A stretch of 64,000 nt of DNA, taken from positions 3,040,001-3,104,000 of the forward strand of contig JASGHJ010000002.1 of the NCBI GenBank assembly GCA_047602405.1, in the 5' to 3' direction. The position numbers and the translations under genes were made by a program. Below the pieces are notes generated by a model. That model was not told the DNA's origin, did not search any database, and saw only the letters and a list, made by a program, of their open reading frames with translations. This DNA is from Anaeromyxobacteraceae bacterium (GTDB lineage: Bacteria; Myxococcota; Myxococcia; Myxococcales; Anaeromyxobacteraceae). Of this stretch, positions 38,338 to 48,381 are shown piece by piece. Numbering within the stretch: position 1 is the first letter of the stretch; each line of letters opens with the position of its first letter.

Positions 38338-40244
38338 GCCGTCGCGCGCCGCGCGCGCTCGCCGACGATCTCGCGGCAGGCGCGGGCGATGCCGGCCTGG
38401 TCGAAGCCGAGCTCGGCGCGCTGCTTCGCGGCGTCGCCGTGGGTGATGAAGGCGTCGGGGAGGCCGAGCCGGCGCACCGGCAGGCCGTCGGCGACGAGGC
38501 CGCGCTCCTCGAGCGCCTCGAGGCACGCCGCGCCGAAGCCGCCGGGCAGGCAGCCCTCCTCCACCGTGACGAGCCGGCCCGCGCGGCCGACCTCGGCCAC
38601 GAGGAGCTCCACGTCGAGCGGCTTCACGAAGCGGGCGTCCACGACCGTGACCGCGAGGCCGTCGGCCGCGAGGGCCTCCGCCGCGGCGACCGCCGGCCGC
38701 ACCGTGGTGCCGACGGCGAACACGCAGACGTCCGGCTTCCCCGGCACGTTCCGGACGATCCGGCCCTTGCCGACCGGCAACGCCTGGGGCTCCGGGTCGA
38801 GCTGCACGCCCTCGACGGCGTTGCGCGGGAAGCGCAGCGCGGCCGGGCCGTCGACGGTGAGCGCGGTGCGGAGCATGTGCCTGAGCTCGTTCTCGTCGGA
38901 CGGCGCCATCACGACGAGGTTCGGCACGCAGCGCAGGTAGGCGAGGTCGAACGCGCCCTGGTGCGTCTTGCCGTCGGCGCCCACGAGGCCGCCGCGGTCG
39001 AGCGCGAAGGTGACCGGGAGCTTCTGCAGCGCGACGTCGTGGATGATCTGATCGTAGGCGCGCTGCAGGAAGGTCGAGTAGATGGCCGCGACCGGGCGGA
39101 TGCCCTCGCAGGCGAGGCCGGCGGCGAAGGTGACCGCGTGCTGCTCGGCGATGCCGACGTCGTAGACGCGCTCGGGGAAGACCTTCTTCGCCTTGATGAG
39201 CCCGGTGCCCTCGAGCATCGCGGCGGTGATGCCGACCACCTTCGGGTCGCGCTCCATCTCGGCGATGAGCGCCTCGGCGAAGGCGTCGGTGTACTGCTTC
39301 GCGCCGCCCTTCTTCACCGACTTGCCGGTCGCGACGTCGAAGAACGAGAGGCCGTGGCCGCGGGTGGCGGTGTCGGACTCGGCGAAGTGGTAGCCCTTGC
39401 CCTTCGTGGTGATGGCGTGCAGCAGCACCGGCCCGTCGAAGACCGCGAGCTTCTGGAGGCACTCGACGAGCGCCGCGACGTCGTGGCCGTCGACCGGGCC
39501 GACGTAGTGGAAGCCGAGCCCCTCGAAGAGGATCCCCGGCGTGACGAGCGCCTTCGTCGCGTTGATGCCGTGGCGGATCATCTCGATCGCCTCGGGCCCG
39601 CGCGGCACCTGCGAGAGGAACTCCTTCACGGCCTTGCGCCAGCGGTTGTAGGTCCGCGAGGCGAACTTCTTCGAGAACCACTCGCTCATCGCGCCGACGT
39701 TCGGCGAGATGGACATCTCGTTGTCGTTGAGGACGACGAGCAGGTTCCGGCCGAGGTAGCCGGACTGGTTGAGCCCCTCGAACGCGACGCCGCCGGTGAG
39801 CGCGCCGTCGCCGATGAGGGCGACGACCTTGCCCGGCTCGCCGGTCATCCGCTTCGCCTCGAGCATGCCGAGCGCGGCGGAGATGGAGGTGGAGGCGTGG
39901 CCCACGCCGAACGCGTCGTGCTCGGACTCGTGCCGCTCCGGGAAGCCGGCGAGGCCGCCCGGCGTGCGGATGGTGCGGAAGCGGTCGCGCCGCCCGGTGA
40001 GGAGCTTGTGCGCGTAGGCCTGGTGGCCGACGTCCCAGACGAGCTTGTCGGTCGGGGAGTCGAAGACGTAGTGCAGCGCCACGTTGAGCTCGACCGCGCC
40101 CAAGGACGACCCGAGGTGGCCGCCGGTCCTGGCGCAGGTCTCCACGATCTCGTCGCGGATCTCCTGGCAGAGCCCGGGCAGGTCGGCGACCGGCACCTTC
40201 TTGAGATCGGCGGGCGAGTCGATGGTGTCGAGGATGCGGCTCAT
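38334..40244 (-). CDS. dxs: 1-deoxy-D-xylulose-5-phosphate synthase
   Basis: GGHLGSSLG, WDVGHQAY, IGDGAL, DVGIAEQHAV, YSTFLQRAYDQ. Confidence 0.97.
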   Translation of the reverse strand: MSRILDTIDSPADLKKVPVADLPGLCQEIRDEIVETCARTGGHLGSSLGAVELNVALHYVFDSPTDKLVWDVGHQAYAHKLLTGRRDRFRTIRTPGGLAGFPERHESEHDAFGVGHASTSISAALGMLEAKRMTGEPGKVVALIGDGALTGGVAFEGLNQSGYLGRNLLVVLNDNEMSISPNVGAMSEWFSKKFASRTYNRWRKAVKEFLSQVPRGPEAIEMIRHGINATKALVTPGILFEGLGFHYVGPVDGHDVAALVECLQKLAVFDGPVLLHAITTKGKGYHFAESDTATRGHGLSFFDVATGKSVKKGGAKQYTDAFAEALIAEMERDPKVVGITAAMLEGTGLIKAKKVFPERVYDVGIAEQHAVTFAAGLACEGIRPVAAIYSTFLQRAYDQIIHDVALQKLPVTFALDRGGLVGADGKTHQGAFDLAYLRCVPNLVVMAPSDENELRHMLRTALTVDGPAALRFPRNAVEGVQLDPEPQALPVGKGRIVRNVPGKPDVCVFAVGTTVRPAVAAAEALAADGLAVTVVDARFVKPLDVELLVAEVGRAGRLVTVEEGCLPGGFGAACLEALEERGLVADGLPVRRLGLPDAFITHGDAAKQRAELGFDQAGIARACREIVGERARRATA

Positions 40245-40262
40245 CGTCGTCTTCCTCCGCGG

Positions 40263-41141
40263 CTACTTCCGACGGGAATACACGAACCGGGCCAGCGCGC
40301 GCAGCGGCTCCGCGCGGGGCCCCAGCTCGGCGAGGCCCGAGAGGGCCCGCGTCACGAGCCCCTCGGCCCGGCGGCGTGCCTCGTCGGGCCCCACCACCGC
40401 GTGCAGCGTGGACTTCCCCGCCTCGGCGTCCTTGCCGGCCCGCTTGCCGAGGGTGGCGCTGTCGGCGGTGAGGTCGAGGAGGTCGTCGGCGATCTGGAAC
40501 GCGAGCCCGAGGTCGAGGCCGATGCGCTGGGCGGGCGCGAGCGGCGCGCCGGCGCAGACCGCGCCGCCGGCAACCGCGGCCGCGACGAGCGCGCCGGTCT
40601 TGGTCGCCATGAGCTCCATGACCTCGCGCTCGCCGAGGTGGGCGTGCTCGCCCTCGATGTCGCGGACCTGGCCCTCGACCATGAGCATCGCGCCCTCGGC
40701 GAGCAGCCGCCCGAGCGTGACCGCGCGCGGATCGTCGGCCCCGAAGAGGTGCCTGAACGCGAGCGCCTGCAGCGCGTCGCCCACGAGGATCGCGGTCGCC
40801 TCGTCGAAGGCCTTGTGGACGGTGGGGCGGCCGCGGCGCAGGTCGTCGTCGTCCATCGCCGGCAGGTCGTCGTGCACGAGCGAGTACGTGTGGATCGCCT
40901 CGAGCGCGACCGCGAACCGGAGCGCGAGCGGGTCGTCGCCCGCGCCGCCGTGCGCCTCGCAGGAGGCGAACACGAGCGCGGGGCGCAGGCGCTTGCCGCC
41001 GCCGAGGAGCGCGTAGCGCACGGCCTCGGCGAGCCGCGGCGGGCCCTTCCCGGCGCGCTCGTCGGCGAGCGCCGCGAGGCGCGGCTCGACCCGTCCGGCG
41101 ACCTCGTGGAGGTAGGCCTCGATGGAGAGATCGGGCTCCAA
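40263..41141 (-). CDS. ispA: Polyprenyl (farnesyl) diphosphate synthase
   Basis: GGKRLRP, SLVHDDLPAMDDDDLRRG, FQIADDLLD; TTG start. Confidence 0.93.
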   Translation of the reverse strand: MEPDLSIEAYLHEVAGRVEPRLAALADERAGKGPPRLAEAVRYALLGGGKRLRPALVFASCEAHGGAGDDPLALRFAVALEAIHTYSLVHDDLPAMDDDDLRRGRPTVHKAFDEATAILVGDALQALAFRHLFGADDPRAVTLGRLLAEGAMLMVEGQVRDIEGEHAHLGEREVMELMATKTGALVAAAVAGGAVCAGAPLAPAQRIGLDLGLAFQIADDLLDLTADSATLGKRAGKDAEAGKSTLHAVVGPDEARRRAEGLVTRALSGLAELGPRAEPLRALARFVYSRRK

Positions 41142-41266
41142 GCGGGACCGGTTCTAGCAGAATTCGGGGGGCCGGGCATGGCCGGCGGGCGTGTCGAAAC
41201 GTCCATTTCGCCCGTGTCCGGGCGGACACGCGGGGCGGCGTCCGCCGCCCGCGGCGGGCCCGGGGC

Positions 41267-41674
41267 TCAGACGGCGGGAGACGCGCCCTGCCGCCGGTGG
41301 AGGATCTCCCAGATCCGCCCCACCAGCCGGTCCATGTCGAGCGGCTTCGTGAAGTAGTCGATGGCGCCCGCCTCGAGGCCCGCGCGCTCGTCGTCGGGGG
41401 TGCCGCGCGCCGAGATGAAGATGACCGGCACGTCGCCGAAGGTGGGGTTCTTCTTGATGGCGCGGCAGAGCTCGTAGCCGTCAATCCAGCTCATCATCAC
41501 GTCGAGCAGGATCACGTCGGGCCGGTCCACGTGCATCGCGGAGATGAGCCGCAGGCCGTTCGCGGCCTGGCCCACGTCGAACCCCTCGAGCTCGAGCGCG
41601 AGCGTGAGCATCTCGCGCGTGTCGCGGTCGTCGTCGACGATGATGACGCGCGGCTTCGGGGTGGAGTCCGACAT
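41267..41674 (-). CDS. Single-domain response regulator
   Basis: IVDDD, LLDVMM, FISA, FTKP. Confidence 0.92.
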   Translation of the reverse strand: MSDSTPKPRVIIVDDDRDTREMLTLALELEGFDVGQAANGLRLISAMHVDRPDVILLDVMMSWIDGYELCRAIKKNPTFGDVPVIFISARGTPDDERAGLEAGAIDYFTKPLDMDRLVGRIWEILHRRQGASPAV

Positions 41675-41682
41675 GCGGGGGC

Positions 41683-41961
41683 TCAGGACTTTGCCGCTGA
41701 GGCCGCTGCGGGCTCGAAGGGGACCGCCTCCTCGCCCCCGTCCGCCGACCGCACGAGCTGCTCCACGCGGGCCTCGGCCTCGTCGAGCTTGCGGGAGGCG
41801 TCGCGCGCGAGCCGCACGCCCTCCGCGAAGCGCTCGATCGACTGCTCGAGGGTCAGCTGCCCGCCCTCGAGCTCGCCCACGACCTTCTCGAGGCGCTCGA
41901 CCAGCGCGTCGTACGACGCGGCGCCGCTGCCTGACTGCTCCGCCTTTGCGGGCTCGCTCAC
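41683..41961 (-). CDS. xseB: Exodeoxyribonuclease VII small subunit
   Basis: LEKVVGELEGGQLTLEQSIERFAEGVRL. Confidence 0.93.
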   Translation of the reverse strand: MSEPAKAEQSGSGAASYDALVERLEKVVGELEGGQLTLEQSIERFAEGVRLARDASRKLDEAEARVEQLVRSADGGEEAVPFEPAAASAAKS

Positions 41962-41999
41962 GTGTCGGTTCCCCGTCCCCTGCTGCGCGATTCCTCTAC

Positions 42000-43601
42000 T
42001 TAGCGACGCTTTCCGCCCGGATCAACGGGGCTCCGGGGATCCGCCGTCCCGCCGGGCGGGCCCCGCCCCGGCAGTGGGTCCTCGCCCCGGTCCCGCGCCT
42101 CGACCCGGGCGTCGAGCCAGCCCTCGGCGAGGGCGATGCGGACCGGGTCGCCCTCGTTCACCGCGGCGCTGCGCGCCACGAGGTGCCCCCGGTCGAGCAC
42201 GAGGGCAAACCCGCGGGAGAGCAGCTTCGCCACGTTCGCAGGCTCCAGACGGGCGGCGAGCCGTTCGAGCCTGAGCTCCTCGCGCCGGAAGGCCTGCGCC
42301 TGCCAGGCCCCCATGCGCCGCGCGGCCGCCTCGACCCGGCGCCGGAGCTCGGTGAGGCGGCGCCGGGGTTCCTGGCGCAGGAGGCGCGGCCGGAGCGCCT
42401 CGAGCCGGGCCCGCTCGCGGCGGAGCGGCACGCGGACCGCGGCGGCGGCCCGGTGCGAGAGGTCGTCGAGCCGGTGGCGGCCGTGGGAGAGGAGCTGGGC
42501 CGGGTCGGCGAGCTCGGCCTTGAGCGCGCGCAGCTCGGCGCGGCGCGAGGCGATGCCCCCGAGGAGCGCGCGCTCGAGCCGGGCGCGCAGCCCGGCCACC
42601 TCGGCGAGGAGCTCGTCCCGGACCGGGGCGACGAGCTGCGCGGCGTGGGTCGGCGTCGCCGCGCGGAGGTCGGCGACGAGGTCCGCCACGGTGACGTCGG
42701 TCTCGTGCCCGACCGCCGAGACCACCGGCACCGGGCAGGCCGCGATCGCCCGGGCGAGCCGCTCGTCGTCGAACGCCGCGAGCTCGTCCGGCGAGCCGCC
42801 CCCGCGGGTCACCACGATGACGTCCACCCCGGCCCGGCAGAGCGCCCTCACCGCCTGGACGACGGTCGCCGCCGCGCCCTCGCCCTGCACGCGGCAGGGC
42901 GCGACCAGCACCGGCAGCGACGGGAACCGCGCGTGCACCACCCGGAGGAAGTCGCGCACCGCCGCGCCGGTCGGGCTCGTCGCGACGCCGATGCGCCGGG
43001 GCAGGAACGGGAGCGGCCGCTTCTTCGCGGGATCGAGGAGCCCGTCCGCCTGCAGCCGCGCCTTCACCTGCTGGACGAGGAGCGCGTGCGCGCCCGCGCC
43101 GCGCGGCTCGAGGTCGTCGACGATGAGCTGGTACTTGCCGTGGGGCGCGTAGATCTCGACGAAGCCGCGCGCGAGGACCTCCTGGCCGTCCTCGGGCTTC
43201 CACCCGAAGCGGCGCGCGGTCGAGGCCCAGGCCACCGCGTTGATGGTGGCGTCGTCGTCCTTGAGCGCGAAGTACACGTGGCCGGAGGACTGGCGGCGCA
43301 GGTTCGTGATCTCGCCCGCGACCCACACGCTGCGGAACTTCGGCTCGACCGCGTTCTTGAGCGCGCGGGTCAGCTCGCCCACCGTGAGCGGCTTCGCGAG
43401 CTCCGCGCGCGGGGGAGGAGGGGGCGCGGGTGGCTCGGCCGCGCGCGGGGGGTCCCTCGACTCCGGGCCCGCTTCGCGGGCCCTGCGCTCGGGATGGGCG
43501 GGCGGGGGGGCCGGCGGCTCCGCCGGGCGCGCCGGCTCGCGCGGCGCGAAGAGATCCCCGGTCGCGCCGGCGTCCGGGGCCCCCCGGCGGCGGGCGCTCA
43601 C
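42000..43601 (-). CDS. xseA: Exodeoxyribonuclease VII large subunit
   Basis: SGHVYFALKD, IGVATSPTGAA, RGGGS, SAVGHETD, TPTHAA; GTG at 43601 overlaps the otsB stop; Pro-rich N-terminal extension. Confidence 0.95.
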   Translation of the reverse strand: MSARRRGAPDAGATGDLFAPREPARPAEPPAPPPAHPERRAREAGPESRDPPRAAEPPAPPPPPRAELAKPLTVGELTRALKNAVEPKFRSVWVAGEITNLRRQSSGHVYFALKDDDATINAVAWASTARRFGWKPEDGQEVLARGFVEIYAPHGKYQLIVDDLEPRGAGAHALLVQQVKARLQADGLLDPAKKRPLPFLPRRIGVATSPTGAAVRDFLRVVHARFPSLPVLVAPCRVQGEGAAATVVQAVRALCRAGVDVIVVTRGGGSPDELAAFDDERLARAIAACPVPVVSAVGHETDVTVADLVADLRAATPTHAAQLVAPVRDELLAEVAGLRARLERALLGGIASRRAELRALKAELADPAQLLSHGRHRLDDLSHRAAAAVRVPLRRERARLEALRPRLLRQEPRRRLTELRRRVEAAARRMGAWQAQAFRREELRLERLAARLEPANVAKLLSRGFALVLDRGHLVARSAAVNEGDPVRIALAEGWLDARVEARDRGEDPLPGRGPPGGTADPRSPVDPGGKRR

Positions 43602-44377
43602 GCGCGGGCCCTCCGCGCGCGGCGGGGCTCGCGCGCCTCGACGAGCAGCTCGAGGAGCTCGTCCATGCGGTCCTGCGCGGGGACCTTCCAGGCGGCGAGC
43701 GACGGGCCCTTGCCGACGTGCACGCCGAACACGAGCGGCGGGCCGACCTCGAAGACGTCCTCGTCGGTCACGTCGTCGCCGGCGTAGAGCGCGCCCGTGC
43801 AGCCCAGCTTCGCGACGAGCGCCCGGACGGCGTCGCCCTTGTTCGGGAACGAGGCGGGGAGGACGTTCAGCACCTTCTTGCCCGGGACGAGCCGCGTCCC
43901 CGAGAGCCGGTTCGCGGCCTCGTACACGCGGAGCTCGGAGGTGCGCCAGGCGCGGGTGAGGCCGTAGTGGACCGCGAGCGTGGAGCGCTTGTCCTCGAAG
44001 AACACGCCCGGGACGCCGGCGAGCGAGCGCTCGAGCGTGCGGCGCCAGGCCTTCACCTGCCGCAGCACCGCGGCGGGGACCGGGAGCGGCCGGCCGAGCT
44101 CGTAGCCGTGGTTGCCGACGATGGTCGAGACGACGTCTCCGACGAAGCGGTGCGTGTCCCGCCAGGCACGCCCCGACACGACCGCGACGGGGTACCGCGT
44201 GCCCAGGCGGGTGAGGAGCTGGCGCGTCTGGGGACGCATGACCGCCCCGGATGGTTCGCGGACGAGCGGCGCGAGCACGCCGTCGTAGTCGAAGGCCAGG
44301 AGGACGCGCTCCGGGTGTGCCTCGCCGACGAAGCGGAGCAGGGAGGCGCGGTGGCGTGGTTGCAAAAGGTCCTTCAT
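43598..44377 (-). CDS. otsB: Trehalose-6-phosphate phosphatase (HAD)
   Basis: FDYDGVL, VVSGR, GNHG, NKGDAV, YAGDDVTDEDVF. Confidence 0.9.
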   Translation of the reverse strand: MKDLLQPRHRASLLRFVGEAHPERVLLAFDYDGVLAPLVREPSGAVMRPQTRQLLTRLGTRYPVAVVSGRAWRDTHRFVGDVVSTIVGNHGYELGRPLPVPAAVLRQVKAWRRTLERSLAGVPGVFFEDKRSTLAVHYGLTRAWRTSELRVYEAANRLSGTRLVPGKKVLNVLPASFPNKGDAVRALVAKLGCTGALYAGDDVTDEDVFEVGPPLVFGVHVGKGPSLAAWKVPAQDRMDELLELLVEAREPRRARRARA

Positions 44378-44451
44378 GTCGCGTCGATCGGGGACAGGAC
44401 GAGTCTATCACCGCCCCCCCTGGCGCGCCCCCGGCCCTGTACGATGCTCGA

Positions 44452-46278
44452 ATGCCACGCATCCTGGTCGCCGAGGGGCACGCCCCCACGCGCGACTACG
44501 TCCAGCGCAGCCTGGGCGACGCGGGGTTCGAGGTGCTCGCGGCGAACGACGTCGGTTCGGCCTTCGAGCTCTTCTCGACCCGGCGTCCGGACGCCGTGGT
44601 GCTGGGCAGCGACTTCGCGGAAGGTGAAGGCTACGCGCTGGTGCGCAAGCTCCGCGACGCGGACCCGCGCGTCCTCCTCGTCGTCGCCGACAAGCAGCAG
44701 CTCCACGGGTCGACGCCGCCGGACCTCGTCGAGCGGGTCTCCCGCCTCGTCTCTCGCGGGCGCGCGCAGGCGCCGCAGCGGCGGACGCCGCGGCCCTCGA
44801 GCCCGGCGCTCGCGGCGGCGCCGGACTGGCAGGGCGAGCTCGCGCTCGGCGCCGTGGCGCGCCTCTTCCACCAGCTCTGGGAGAACCGCTCCGACGGCGT
44901 GCTCGTGCTCGCCGAGGGCGACCTCGAGCGCCACTTCCTCTTCCACCGCGGCGTCGCGAACGGCTTCTGGTCCCCCGCCGCCGACGAGTCGCTGCTGCGC
45001 TGGATCTGCGGCGAGCGCCACGTCGCCGAGCGGGCGCGCACCATGGCCCTCGAGGCGATGGCGGGCGGGCTCTCCGCCTGCACCGCGCTCGTGGCCGCCG
45101 GCGTCGTCGAGCCGGGCGACGCGCTCGCCGCGCTCCTGCGCCGCCACCTCGGCGCCCGGATCGTGCGCGCGGTGGGCGCGCGCGAGGGGCGCTGGCGCTT
45201 CCACGCGGGCCCGCCGACCGGCGGCGACTGGAGCGCCGTCGAGCTGCGCGCGCCGCTCGCGCCGGTGCTCGAGGGCGCCCGCGGGGCGGTGCACGCGAAC
45301 CACCAGATCGAGGCCCTGCGGAACGTCGCCGAGGCCTTCCCGGTCCGCGGCGCCGCCTTCCAGGCCATCGCCCAGGCCGCGGCGCTCTCGCCCACGGACC
45401 TGAGGCTCGCGCTCTCGATCGGCGGCCGGCAGACGACCCGCACGTGGCTCGAGGCGCGCCGGGCCGAGCTCCGCGACGGCCTCTCGCTCCTCTGGTTCCT
45501 CTCGCTCACCGGCGCGGTCATCTTCCCGGTCGAGCCGGCCGGGGCGACCCCGCCGCCCCACCAGGGCCCGCGCGGCCTGCCCCCGCTCCCGCCCGAGCGC
45601 GCCGAGGCGCTCCGCCAGGCCGCGCTGCAGCTGTTGCCCGCGAGCCCGTACGGCGTGCTCGGGGTAAACGTCACCGCGGACACGGACGAGGTCGAGCGCG
45701 CGTACCACGCGCTCGCGAGGCGGTTCCACCCGGACGCGTACGCCGGGCACGACCTCGGCGACCTCGAGGACCTGCTCGTGGCCGTGCAGGACCGGATCTC
45801 CGCGGCGTACCGGGCGCTCGCGACCGGCGAGCGCCGGGCCACGCAGCTCGCGCTCATGACCAGCCGGCTCGAGCAGGCGGGGGTCCGCAGGCCCGGGCTC
45901 GACCCGCTCGCGGAGCTCGCGCTGTTCCGGGCGTGGAGGGCGCTCGAGGAGCGGCGGCCGGGCGACGCGGTGGAGGCGCTGCGGACCGCGTGCGTGCTCG
46001 CGCCGCGCGAGGCCGAGTACCACGCGATGCTGGCGTTCGCGACGCTGCACGACCCGGCGCTTCCGCCCGGGGCGCAGGCCCGCGAGGCGCTGCGGATCGC
46101 GGAGAAGGCCCTGGGCATGCAGCCGGACCACCCGCGGGCGATCGCCGCGCTCGCGCTCGCCGAGGACCGGCTGGGCGACTCCGTCGAGGCCCGCCGCGTG
46201 CTCCTCGCGGGGCTGAGGGTCCACCCGGAGCACGCGGTGCTGAAGGAAGCGCTGGCCCGGATGCTGGCGCGGCGGTAG
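44452..46278 (+). CDS. Multidomain protein: degenerate receiver + DUF4388-like + DnaJ domain + TPR
   Basis: MPRILVAE; PYGVLGV..AYHALARRFHPD (J-domain HPD); C-terminal TPR-like helices. Confidence 0.8.
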   Translation: MPRILVAEGHAPTRDYVQRSLGDAGFEVLAANDVGSAFELFSTRRPDAVVLGSDFAEGEGYALVRKLRDADPRVLLVVADKQQLHGSTPPDLVERVSRLVSRGRAQAPQRRTPRPSSPALAAAPDWQGELALGAVARLFHQLWENRSDGVLVLAEGDLERHFLFHRGVANGFWSPAADESLLRWICGERHVAERARTMALEAMAGGLSACTALVAAGVVEPGDALAALLRRHLGARIVRAVGAREGRWRFHAGPPTGGDWSAVELRAPLAPVLEGARGAVHANHQIEALRNVAEAFPVRGAAFQAIAQAAALSPTDLRLALSIGGRQTTRTWLEARRAELRDGLSLLWFLSLTGAVIFPVEPAGATPPPHQGPRGLPPLPPERAEALRQAALQLLPASPYGVLGVNVTADTDEVERAYHALARRFHPDAYAGHDLGDLEDLLVAVQDRISAAYRALATGERRATQLALMTSRLEQAGVRRPGLDPLAELALFRAWRALEERRPGDAVEALRTACVLAPREAEYHAMLAFATLHDPALPPGAQAREALRIAEKALGMQPDHPRAIAALALAEDRLGDSVEARRVLLAGLRVHPEHAVLKEALARMLARR

Positions 46279-46309
46279 CGGGGCGGGCCTCCCTGGAAGC
46301 CCGCCCCGC
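46278..46309. terminator. Hairpin between convergent genes
   Basis: GCGGGGCGGGC-10 nt-GCCCGCCCCGC. Confidence 0.55.
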
Positions 46310-46347
46310 CCACGCACGACTGCTCCTCGCTGCGACCGCGTGCTGCG

Positions 46348-48381
46348 CTACCTTCCCCGCCCCGCCATCACCTGCGCGATCTTGAAGAACACGTCCGTGT
46401 TCTCGTACGTCCCCGCGAACGGCAGCCACGCCTCCGGGTCCCGCGCGTACGCGGACAGCGCCACGTCCGAGGCCGTGTGGACCGCCTGCTCCTTGCCCAC
46501 CGCCTGCCCGCGGAGGAACGCGCCGTCCGCCTTCTCGCTGCGCCCGACGGGGCTCGCCGCGTACCCCTTCCCGCCGAGCAGGGTCGAGAGCGCCGCCGGC
46601 GTCAGGCTCTCGCGGCTCGGCCTCGAGGGCGTGAGCCAGTTCTCGTGGCGGTCGCCCGAGGCGCCGAAGCCGACGAGGAGCTTCCCGTCGACGTCGTACG
46701 TCGCGGGGTAGCCGTCCGGCTGGATGGCGTAGGCCGGGAACCTGGCGGCGTCGTACGTCCCGACGAGGCCCTGACGCTTCGGGGCCGTGGCCGGGTCGAG
46801 CGCCGCGGCGTCGGAGGGGGTGGCCCTCAGGTTCGCGATCGTCGTGTTGAGGCCGCCGATGAGCGCGAAGCCGGAGCACTCGTGGTCGGCGGTGACGAGG
46901 ACGAGGGTGTTGCCGTCGCGGCGCGCGAAGTCGAGCGCGGCGCCGATGGCCCGGTCGAACTCGATGACCTCGCCGATGGCGCGCTCGGCGTCCATCTGGT
47001 GCGACTGCTTGTCGATGTGCGCGCCCTCGACCATGAGCACGAAGCCCTGGCGGTCCTTCCTGAGGACGTCGATGGCGACCTTCGTCATCTCGTCGAGCAT
47101 CGGCTGGTCGGGCGAGAGGTGGTCCTGCACGACCGCGTCGGTGTATCCGGCCTGGCCGGCGCGGAACCGGCGCGCGGCGACCTTGTCGAGGGCGACGTTC
47201 ATGTTGCCGTACGCGAAGAGGCCCAGGAGCTTCCTCGGGGGGTTCGACGAGACGGCCTGGAGGCCCGCCGCGTCGGCGACGTAGCCGAAGCCGGCCGCCC
47301 GGAAGCCGGCGACGACGTCGCGGTTCCTGTCGAGCGCGCCCGCCGCGGCGGCCGGGAGCTTCCAGCCGGCGAGGAGGTCGGCCGGGAGCGGACCGTAGTC
47401 GGAGCCGTCGGCGCGCGAGGAGAAGGCGTCGGTCGCGGGCAGGAACCAGCGGCGGCCGCCGCCCATCAGCACGCGGAGGCCCGTGCCGCCCACGCCGGTG
47501 TCCGCGGCGTCGGCCTCGTCGAGGTACTGGTCGATGATGCCGGTGCCGTTGCCACGGGCCTGCGTGAAGACCGCGTTCGCCGCGGGCGTCGCGTCCTCGA
47601 TGTCGGCGGTGGTGACGATGCCGAGCGAGGTGCCGCGGGTGCGGTGGAGGTAGTGGCCGAGGTACTCGATGCGCGGCGCGTAGAAGGGGTTCGTGACCGT
47701 GGCCGGCCACACGCCCTCCTGGTTGTTGTTCTGGTGGTTGCCGGTCGTGTAGCAGCTCATGCCCGGCGCCGAGTCGGTGATGATCGAGTTGAGGGAGTGG
47801 GTCGAGACGAGGCCGACGCCCGGCATCGTGTCCATCGCGAGGCGGCCGTTCGGCGTCCCGCCGGTCACGCCGCGGGACACGATGCGGCCCGCGGTGCGGT
47901 GCGCGACGCCCATGCCGTCGCCGAGGAAGATGACCACGTTCTTGATGCCGCCGCCGCGGCGCTGGTCCCGCCCGCCCCGCCCGTCCTCGTCGCCGCCGAC
48001 GTCCTCGACCCCGATGAAGGAGGTCCTCGTGACGGCGACGCCGGAGCCGTCGACGAACGTCGCCTCGAGCACGTGGGTGCCGGGCTTCACGAGCGAGAAG
48101 CCGCGCACGTTGAAGCCGCCCCAGCCGGCCGGTGAGATGCCGTCGGTGGCGACGTGGTCGAGCGCGCCCGAGGTGAAGTTGACGATCCGGCCGTCCACCT
48201 TCAGCGAGGCCGAGTAGGGCGCGGCGCCCTTGCCCTCGACGCGGATGTCGAAGCGCTGCCCCGGCAGGAAGCGGGCGCCGTTCGGCGGGAAGACGGCCAC
48301 GTTCGTGGCCTGGGCGCTCGCGGCGCCGGCCGTGCAGAGCACGGCGGCGACGACCGAGAGCGGGAGGAGCTTCTGCGTCAT
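46348..48381 (-). CDS. phoA: Secreted alkaline phosphatase (PhoA family) with extra N-terminal domain
   Basis: Signal peptide; IFLGDGMG, ITDSAPG (catalytic Ser), MVEGAHIDKQSH, VTADHE, HTASDV; ATGA overlap with the upstream gene. Confidence 0.9.
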   Translation of the reverse strand: MTQKLLPLSVVAAVLCTAGAASAQATNVAVFPPNGARFLPGQRFDIRVEGKGAAPYSASLKVDGRIVNFTSGALDHVATDGISPAGWGGFNVRGFSLVKPGTHVLEATFVDGSGVAVTRTSFIGVEDVGGDEDGRGGRDQRRGGGIKNVVIFLGDGMGVAHRTAGRIVSRGVTGGTPNGRLAMDTMPGVGLVSTHSLNSIITDSAPGMSCYTTGNHQNNNQEGVWPATVTNPFYAPRIEYLGHYLHRTRGTSLGIVTTADIEDATPAANAVFTQARGNGTGIIDQYLDEADAADTGVGGTGLRVLMGGGRRWFLPATDAFSSRADGSDYGPLPADLLAGWKLPAAAAGALDRNRDVVAGFRAAGFGYVADAAGLQAVSSNPPRKLLGLFAYGNMNVALDKVAARRFRAGQAGYTDAVVQDHLSPDQPMLDEMTKVAIDVLRKDRQGFVLMVEGAHIDKQSHQMDAERAIGEVIEFDRAIGAALDFARRDGNTLVLVTADHECSGFALIGGLNTTIANLRATPSDAAALDPATAPKRQGLVGTYDAARFPAYAIQPDGYPATYDVDGKLLVGFGASGDRHENWLTPSRPSRESLTPAALSTLLGGKGYAASPVGRSEKADGAFLRGQAVGKEQAVHTASDVALSAYARDPEAWLPFAGTYENTDVFFKIAQVMAGRGR

